15,112 nucleotides of DNA. It comes from Myxococcales bacterium. Lineage in GTDB: Bacteria; Myxococcota_A; Polyangia; Polyangiales; Polyangiaceae. The first letter of the stretch is position 1; each line of letters opens with the position of its first letter. Below, piece after piece: positions 8,410 to 15,112 of the stretch. The stretch lies in the NCBI GenBank assembly GCA_030590865.1, contig JAUVCD010000162.1:1-15112 (forward strand), written 5' to 3'. The notes beneath the pieces are model-generated. The model was not told the origin of the DNA. It saw only the letters and a list, made by a program, of their open reading frames with translations, and did no database searches. Both the position numbers and the translations under genes were made by a program.

Positions 8410-8437
8410 ATTGTATGTAAATAGAACGAGCCGTCAG
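8410..8437 (-). promoter_or_regulatory. Sigma-70-like promoter candidate reading into the non-coding block
   Basis: Minus strand: CTGACG (8437-8432), 16-nt spacer, TACAAT (8415-8410), in the most AT-rich part of the window. A second weaker candidate is TTGCAA at 8267-8272. No experimental TSS is available. The -35 overlaps the right inverted-repeat arm. Confidence 0.3.
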
Positions 8438-8451
8438 CGACCGAATAAGCC
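8435..8451. repeat. Right arm of 17-nt inverted repeat bounding the non-coding block
   Basis: cagcgaccgaataagcc, the partner of 6225-6241. The match starts at the outer edge and extends inward, as in terminal inverted repeats or an end-to-end closing helix. Confidence 0.75.
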
Positions 8452-8454
8452 CAT

Positions 8455-8493
8455 AAAAAGGGGGAAAACGCTCACGTCGTCGTGAACTGAGCG
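8455..8493 (-). terminator. Possible intrinsic terminator of the smr-domain gene
   Basis: The stem CGCTCA/TGAGCG (8469-8474 / 8488-8493) lies about 30 nt after the stop. On the minus strand it is followed by UUUUCCCCCUUUUU (complement of 8455-8468). The stem is short and the loop is large, so this is weak. Confidence 0.35.
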
Positions 8494-8524
8494 ACCTGCG
8501 AGGGATCACCGATCGCCATCAGAA

Positions 8525-8842
8525 TCAGGGCTGCCGTTGCCCAGGCTCAGGGCTGTCATTCCTTAGCCACACGATGGTCGCACCCCAGCCGCCGCGATGG
8601 CTGGGCGCGTTGCTGAAGTCGTCGACTAAGGGATGCTGCGCGAGCAGGTTTTGCACCTGATGACGTTGCACACCTTTGCCCCGCCCGTGGATCAGTCGCA
8701 CTTCGGTGAAGCCCTTCTCAGCGGCTGCTTCTAGGTAAGATTCGACGACCGATAGGATGTCGCGAGGCTGAAAGCCGTGCAGATCGATGACGTCCTCGAT
8801 CTCGATGACCGCAATATCGTCTTCTGCTGGTGGGTCGCTCAC
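8525..8842 (-). CDS. Standalone Smr (small MutS-related) domain protein, 105 aa
   Basis: VIDLHGFQPRDILSVVESYLEAAAEKGFTEVRLIHGRGKGVQRHQVQNLLAQHPLVDDFSNAPSHRGGWGATIVWL carries the Smr hallmarks: DLHG, HG+GxG, a HP-V--F motif and GG-GAT-V-L. Confidence 0.88.
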   Translation of the reverse strand: MSDPPAEDDIAVIEIEDVIDLHGFQPRDILSVVESYLEAAAEKGFTEVRLIHGRGKGVQRHQVQNLLAQHPLVDDFSNAPSHRGGWGATIVWLRNDSPEPGQRQP

Positions 8843-8949
8843 CTGTCGAGCCTATCACCAGCCCTCTCGCGCCGGTGGTCAGCACCAGCGGGTCAAATGG
8901 CTCGTTGCGGATCGTTGAACCCAACCACCTGTCGTTCTAGGACCGCGGC

Positions 8950-10632
8950 ATGAAGCTTTCCCAAAACAGGATGAGCCCCGTGGCGTGGGTTGCCTTGTGT
9001 GCCGCCACCTTGATGAGCCAGGGGTGCGGTCCCACTGCGCCGGCCCGGGATGTCGACCAAGCGGCTGTCGGCGATACGCCAGCTGCGCCAGCCGATCCTT
9101 TTGCTATCACTGGCGAGCTGCAAACAGAGCAGTTGGCTGCCAGCGCTCCATCCTACCCGTTGGTGCGCCGCGAGCTGCCGCCTGCGCCGCCGGGGCTCTG
9201 GGCGCCGCCAGCGACATGCCGTGCCTTCGAAGCTCGCAAAGCCAGCTCAAACCCGAGCTGCATCGATCCGAGCTCGGCTCATGGATCGCTAGATGCGGCT
9301 CTCGCGCTGTCTGATCCCTCAGAGCGCGACGAGGCGCTCTTGGCTCTCGAGCCATGCACGCACTTGTCGGTGGGGATGGTTCGCGCCCTGCGCGCCGAGC
9401 TGGCCCCGCCCGAGTGTGGCGACGTCATCGTTGGAGCTTTGGTTCGAGAGCCCCCGGCAGACATGCCCGGCGTGATCTACGACGCGCTGGTTGGCCTCGC
9501 CTTGTCTGGGCGGCTGTCCCGGGCTGCCGTGTCGCCGCCTCAGCTCGAGCCTCCATACACCAAAGAGTCGGTCACCAAGTATATCGACAGCGCGATGGGA
9601 GCCTGGGTCAAGCAGCAGGCCACCGCGATCCAGGCGCTGGCCATCATCGGCGCCAAGCTTCGCCATTACGGCAAGGCGGTCGTTGCGGTCGAGGCCGGGC
9701 TGGCTGAGATGCGCTTCATTGATGCCGTTCGGAAGGTGCCGGTGCCCGAGGAAATCGCCAAGTTCGAGGAGGCCAAAGAGACGTACTACCAACGTCTCGA
9801 GTCTCAGCTCGAAGCGCGCAAGCGGCGGGGCCGCGACGCCGCCCTAGTTGGTCTCGGCCAGCTCGCCCAGGTCGGGGTGATTCGTGGCCTGAGGGTGGAA
9901 CGAGCGCGGGCGATTCTGTCGCGCATGTACGGTGGCAGTCCCATCAATGCACTCGATGGGCTGCAGCTTCCGCCGCTGCAGCCTGCGGGGGCCACGACTG
10001 CGGAGCAGCGGCTCGTGGCGCGCCTACCGACCTTCTATGCGGGCCTCACGCTGCAAGCTGATGCGGTCAAAGAACCGCTGATGCTGCGGATGATCATCGA
10101 GAAGGGGCTGCCGATCGCTCATCGTATCGCTCTGGGCAAGACCGAGCTCAGTCCGGCGCTTCGCTTGCTCTATGCTCGTGGCCGCTTCGAGCTGGCGCAG
10201 AACTACTGGCGCAGCGTCGATGTCGACGAGGCCATCGGCCTGCTTTCCGAATGGCCCGCTGACCGTCAGCGGCCCCCCGAGGCGAGCCTCTTGCTTGCCC
10301 TCGGCATCGCCTTGCACGGCGGTCCCGCCAACGCGGCGGAGATGATGGTCCGCGCGCCCCTTGCGGATCTGCGCATTGGCAATGTGGTGGCCTTGGACGC
10401 GTTGGCCGACGATGGTGGCAAGCTGGCTCCCATGGCGGCCTTCGATGCTGCGCTCATCAAGCAGCTGTCGGCACCGGCCACGGCTACCGCCGACTATTGG
10501 CGCGACGTAGCAGCACGGTTTCGCAAGGCTGCGGGCTTGATGCAGGACGTGCACGACAAGGCCGATGCCGAGCAGCGCGCCAGCGAGGCAGAGCAAACTG
10601 CCGCCGCCATCGAGCCGGGCGCTGGTGACTGA
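8950..10632 (+). CDS. Putative secreted/lipoprotein, Ala/Leu-rich helical, function unknown (560 aa)
   Basis: Long ORF with GC-rich third positions. N-terminus MKLSQNRMSPVAWVALCAATLMSQGCG is a signal peptide with a lipobox-like SQGC. An alternative start is the Met at 8971. I recognise no domain. Confidence 0.8.
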   Translation: MKLSQNRMSPVAWVALCAATLMSQGCGPTAPARDVDQAAVGDTPAAPADPFAITGELQTEQLAASAPSYPLVRRELPPAPPGLWAPPATCRAFEARKASSNPSCIDPSSAHGSLDAALALSDPSERDEALLALEPCTHLSVGMVRALRAELAPPECGDVIVGALVREPPADMPGVIYDALVGLALSGRLSRAAVSPPQLEPPYTKESVTKYIDSAMGAWVKQQATAIQALAIIGAKLRHYGKAVVAVEAGLAEMRFIDAVRKVPVPEEIAKFEEAKETYYQRLESQLEARKRRGRDAALVGLGQLAQVGVIRGLRVERARAILSRMYGGSPINALDGLQLPPLQPAGATTAEQRLVARLPTFYAGLTLQADAVKEPLMLRMIIEKGLPIAHRIALGKTELSPALRLLYARGRFELAQNYWRSVDVDEAIGLLSEWPADRQRPPEASLLLALGIALHGGPANAAEMMVRAPLADLRIGNVVALDALADDGGKLAPMAAFDAALIKQLSAPATATADYWRDVAARFRKAAGLMQDVHDKADAEQRASEAEQTAAAIEPGAGD

Positions 10633-10636
10633 CTGG

Positions 10637-10704
10637 CCGCGCAGACCCCAGCGATTGGAACATAGCGTGTCGTGGAGGAGCGCGATGTGCCGAGGTCTGC
10701 GCGG
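10637..10704. repeat. 11-bp perfect inverted repeat just after the 560-aa gene stop
   Basis: ccgcgcagacc (10637-10647) and ggtctgcgcgg (10694-10704) are separated by 46 nt. No T-tract follows. Confidence 0.5.
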
Positions 10705-10880
10705 TCAGTGGGTTGTCAGGTGACGCCCAGAGCACTTGCACCCACCGTGCCGACTCGCCACGTCCAATGATCTCGGGGGGACCTCATGGTCCTGTGAACG
10801 CTCCTTCACACTAGCGGCGTGAAGCGGGCGATACGCTTCGCGTAGCCATGCTGAGGTCAGCCGATTACGATTGGAGGATC

Positions 10881-11957
10881 ATGGTGCGTTCGGTCTTTGA
10901 CGTGGGCGAATCTTGGGTGGTGCTGCGCCGCGTGTGGCTGGGCGGCCGCGTCGCTGCGTTGTGCGCTCTTTGGAGCTGCGCCGCCGCGGCGCCGACCGAA
11001 TCAGGGTCCCACTCTGCCTCAGCCGCCGGGAGCACTGCGGTCGAGGAGAAGGTGTCGGACGGCAAGTCGACGGTCACCGTGCTGTCCCGCCCAGGTGACG
11101 AGCGTCGCAAGCCGAAACCCGCTGTCAGCGCTACGCCACCCTTGACCGACGAGGCGTGTCAGCAGCGGCCGGCCTGTGCAGAGCGCGGCCTGTGTACCGC
11201 CTCAGGCCAAGACTGTGTCGCGCGATCCTACGCGGACTGCGAGCGCATGACTGCCTGTGCAAGCGGTAAGTGTGCCTTCACCGCTGGACAGTGCCAGCCG
11301 GTACCTGATTGCAAGAACGCCCACGAGTGTGGTGTTCGGGGTCGGTGCCAAAATGACGGTGCTGGTTGCGTGGCGGGCGCGGTGGAGGATTGTCGTGGAG
11401 CGACCCTCTGCCCAAGCGACGGGCTCTGCAGCTTGGCCGATGGCGTCTGCGTCGCCCAGTCGCCTGGCGATTGCCGTCGTGCTGCGGCCTGTCTGAAGCA
11501 GGGGCGCTGTACCCCTCGCAGTGGCGCTTGTGTGGCCCTGCGGGACAACGAGTGTCGCCGGTCAGAAGGTTGTCGGCGGGACGGCAGATGCTCTGCTCGT
11601 GGCGGCACGTGTGTGAAGAGCTGCCGGGAGTCGGAGGCCTGCGCGAATGGTGGTCGCTGCGGCGAGCCCCCGGCTGCCCGGGCGGGCGAGGCGAGTTGCA
11701 TCGTCGTCTCCGATCAGGACTGCCAAAAGGCTACTATTTGCGCTGAGCTCGGTCACTGCTCCATGGGACTCGCCAGGCGCTGTGAGGCGGGCGATGACGT
11801 CGAGTGTCGCCGGTCCCGGTTGTGTCGAGAGCAGGGGCGCTGCACCGCCACCCGGGGGCGCTGTTGGCCTGGTTCGAAGGCAGAATGTGAACAAGCCACC
11901 GTCGCGTGCAAACGAGAAGGACGGTGCAACCATGACGCGGGCCGCTGCGTCCGCTGA
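10881..11957 (+). CDS. Secreted cysteine-rich repeat protein (ten units of about 27 aa, each C-x5-C-x5-C-x6-C)
   Basis: ORF 10848..11957. The ATG at 10881 (or GTG 10884) follows GGAGGA at 10873-10878. A hydrophobic signal-like segment is VWLGGRVAALCALWSCAAAAP. From residue 104 of the ORF-track translation (nt 11157) there are about 40 Cys in ten units, e.g. DCKNAHECGVRGRCQNDGAGC and DCRRAAACLKQGRCTPRSGAC. Confidence 0.8.
   Translation: MVRSVFDVGESWVVLRRVWLGGRVAALCALWSCAAAAPTESGSHSASAAGSTAVEEKVSDGKSTVTVLSRPGDERRKPKPAVSATPPLTDEACQQRPACAERGLCTASGQDCVARSYADCERMTACASGKCAFTAGQCQPVPDCKNAHECGVRGRCQNDGAGCVAGAVEDCRGATLCPSDGLCSLADGVCVAQSPGDCRRAAACLKQGRCTPRSGACVALRDNECRRSEGCRRDGRCSARGGTCVKSCRESEACANGGRCGEPPAARAGEASCIVVSDQDCQKATICAELGHCSMGLARRCEAGDDVECRRSRLCREQGRCTATRGRCWPGSKAECEQATVACKREGRCNHDAGRCVR
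11151..11954 (+). repeat. Degenerate tandem coding repeat (about 81 nt period) encoding the 4-Cys modules
   Basis: Seen at protein level as ten consecutive modules with conserved Cys spacing and a G-x-C motif. The nucleotide copies are diverged. Confidence 0.7.
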
Positions 11958-12004
11958 GTGGGCAAGGGGGTGAGTCACCGAAGAAGAAGCACTCGAGGTA
12001 GCAA

Positions 12005-13945
<1,941 letters not shown>

Positions 13946-13960
13946 GCGTAGGCAACAGCG

Positions 13961-15112
13961 GTGCCTGGCAGTAGTTTCGGACGCGCATTTCAGGTGACCA
14001 CGGCCGGGGAATCCCACGGCCCTGGCCACGTGGTCATCGTCGATGGTTGCCCGCCGGGCATCGCGCTGTCCGTCGACGACTTGCGGCGAGACTTGCGGCG
14101 GCGCCGGCCCGGGCAGAGTCCCTTGGTGACGGCCCGCAACGAGGCTGACGAGCCGGAGATCTTGGCTGGGGTTTTCGAAGGCCGGACCACCGGCACGGCC
14201 ATCGCCATCTTGGTGCGCAACACCGATGCGCGAAGCGATGATTACGCTGATTTGCGGGGCGTCTACCGGCCAGGCCACGCCGACTATGGTTACCAGGTCA
14301 AGCTCGGGCACCGGGACCATCGTGGTGGCGGGCGCGGCAGCGCGCGGGAGACCGTCGCTCGTGTTGCCGCTGGCGCCATTGCCAGGAAAGTGATCGTCGA
14401 GGCCTTCGGTGGACAGGTGGTGGGCTATGTGCGCCAAGTGGGGGAGGTGATTGCCGAGGTTTCGGAGCCGGCCGCCGTCACCGTCGAGCAGGTCGAGACC
14501 CTTCCCAGCGGCGAGCCCAACCTGGTGCGCTGTCCCGACGCTGCCGCGGCGCAGCGCATGGTCGCGCTCATCGAGCAAGTGCGCGACGAGGGCGACTCAA
14601 TCGGAGGGGTGGCCGAGATCGTCGCCACTGGGGTCGTCGCCGGCCTCGGCGAGCCGGTGTTCGACAAGCTCAAGGCCGATCTCGGCAAGGCGCTGCTCAG
14701 CTTACCCGCGGTGCTCGGCGTGGAATATGGCGTCGGCTTCGGTTGCGCGACCATGCGGGGCCGGCAGCACAACGACCGCTTCGTGGCGGGCCCTGTGCCT
14801 GGGGGCGGCGAGCCGGGCGACGCTCAGCCCCCCATCGTGACCGACACCAATCGCCATGGCGGCATCCTCGGCGGGATTTCCACGGGCATGCCCATCGTGT
14901 TGCGTGCCGCGGTCAAGCCGACGAGCAGCCTTCAACAGCTGCAGCAGAGCGTGAACGAGGCAGGGGAGCCCCTCGAGATCGCCGCTGCCGGGCGTCACGA
15001 TCCCTGCCTGTTGCCGCGCTTTGTTCCCATGGGAGAGGCGATGGTGGCACTCACCCTGGCCGATCACTACCTGCGTCAGCGCGGTCAAACCACCGCAGAG
15101 CCCACGTCCTGA
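13961..15112 (+). CDS. aroC: Chorismate synthase
   Basis: N-terminal SFGRAFQVTTAGESHGPG, then RRRPGQSP..TARNE.DEPEILAGVFEGRTTGTAIAILVRN, YRPGHADY, GRGSARETVARVAAGAIA, GDSIGGV and HGGILGGISTG are all canonical AroC motifs. GTG start at 13961, TGA at 15110-15112. The gene lies 15 nt after the upstream gene. Confidence 0.95.
   Translation: MPGSSFGRAFQVTTAGESHGPGHVVIVDGCPPGIALSVDDLRRDLRRRRPGQSPLVTARNEADEPEILAGVFEGRTTGTAIAILVRNTDARSDDYADLRGVYRPGHADYGYQVKLGHRDHRGGGRGSARETVARVAAGAIARKVIVEAFGGQVVGYVRQVGEVIAEVSEPAAVTVEQVETLPSGEPNLVRCPDAAAAQRMVALIEQVRDEGDSIGGVAEIVATGVVAGLGEPVFDKLKADLGKALLSLPAVLGVEYGVGFGCATMRGRQHNDRFVAGPVPGGGEPGDAQPPIVTDTNRHGGILGGISTGMPIVLRAAVKPTSSLQQLQQSVNEAGEPLEIAAAGRHDPCLLPRFVPMGEAMVALTLADHYLRQRGQTTAEPTS

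Larger units (their letters stand above)
6225..8451 (-). ncRNA. Candidate large (about 2.2 kb) structured non-coding RNA of unknown family; alternatively a non-coding inserted element
   Basis: No credible ORF on either strand. Strong strand asymmetry by hand count: 6481-6540 has C21 G12 A9 T18 and 7261-7320 has C29 G10 A12 T9, against C20 G23 in aroC 14041-14100. Many tetraloop-capped hairpins are valid on the minus strand only. A 17-nt inverted repeat brackets the block. AT-rich promoter-like DNA lies at the minus-strand 5' side and two terminator-like hairpins lie just 3' of it. Exact ends are unknown. Confidence 0.4.

Noticed and set aside
8221-8424. 67-aa + strand ORF (MPQNFQDVMWSKRSLFANKKERK...) in the AT-rich segment
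   Set aside because: Its composition and codon usage are unlike the rest of the genome, it has no SD, and it lies over the DnaA-box/promoter-like DNA. It is most likely spurious.
8260-8440. Chromosomal oriC
   Set aside because: DnaA-box-like motifs and AT-rich DNA are present. However, there is only one perfect box, no dnaA/dnaN/gidA-type neighbours, and no way to see genome-wide skew from this window. It is kept only as a low-confidence regulatory cluster.
6140-8451. rRNA (16S/23S), or a group II intron
   Set aside because: The size suggested them. I could not find hallmark conserved strings on either strand, such as the sarcin-ricin loop AGUACGAGAGGACC or the 16S 3' end. There is no domain-V-like AGC...GAAA 34-mer with the proper bulge, no GUGYG 5' end and no reverse-transcriptase ORF.
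8915-8952. TTGAAC (8915-8920), 17 nt, TAGGAC (8938-8943) ending 6 nt before ATG 8950: possible promoter for a leaderless mRNA
   Set aside because: The -10 element is weak (3/6) and I have no TSS data. It is not enough to report as a feature.
14770-14850. Gly/Pro-rich insertion (AGPVPGGGEPGDAQPP) in AroC before the HGGILGGIS motif
   Set aside because: Variable surface loops of this size are common among chorismate synthases. There is no evidence of functional novelty.

Overview
High-GC (myxobacteria-like, by inference) chromosomal window with nine well-supported protein genes and one very unusual non-coding block of about 2.2-2.3 kb. Left to right: a DUF2914-like lipoprotein (200-844, +); a 60-aa CxxC/CxxC zinc-ribbon protein (899-1081, +); a translationally coupled minus-strand pair of SbcD/YhaO-like metallophosphoesterase (4638-5909) and 1187-aa SbcC/YhaN-like SMC-type ATPase (1078-4641); the ORF-poor block (about 6140-8451); a standalone Smr-domain protein (8525-8842, -); a 560-aa putative lipoprotein (8950-10632, +); a secreted protein of ten 4-Cys repeats (10881-11957, +); an NHLRC2-like thioredoxin-fold plus NHL-repeat protein (12005-13945, +); and chorismate synthase aroC (13961-15112, +). 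The standout is the block between sbcD-like and smr. It has no credible ORF on either strand, lower GC than its flanks, and a strong C>G/pyrimidine excess on the + strand, so it is purine-rich on the minus strand. It contains many short hairpins capped by GNRA/UUCG/CUUG tetraloops that only work when read on the minus strand. A 17-nt inverted repeat (6225-6241 / 8435-8451) brackets it. An AT-rich promoter-like segment lies at its minus-strand 5' side and two intrinsic-terminator-like hairpins follow its 3' side. I read it as a candidate large structured ncRNA, possibly carried on an inserted element. I cannot place it in any RNA family I know, and it needs transcript and covariation evidence.
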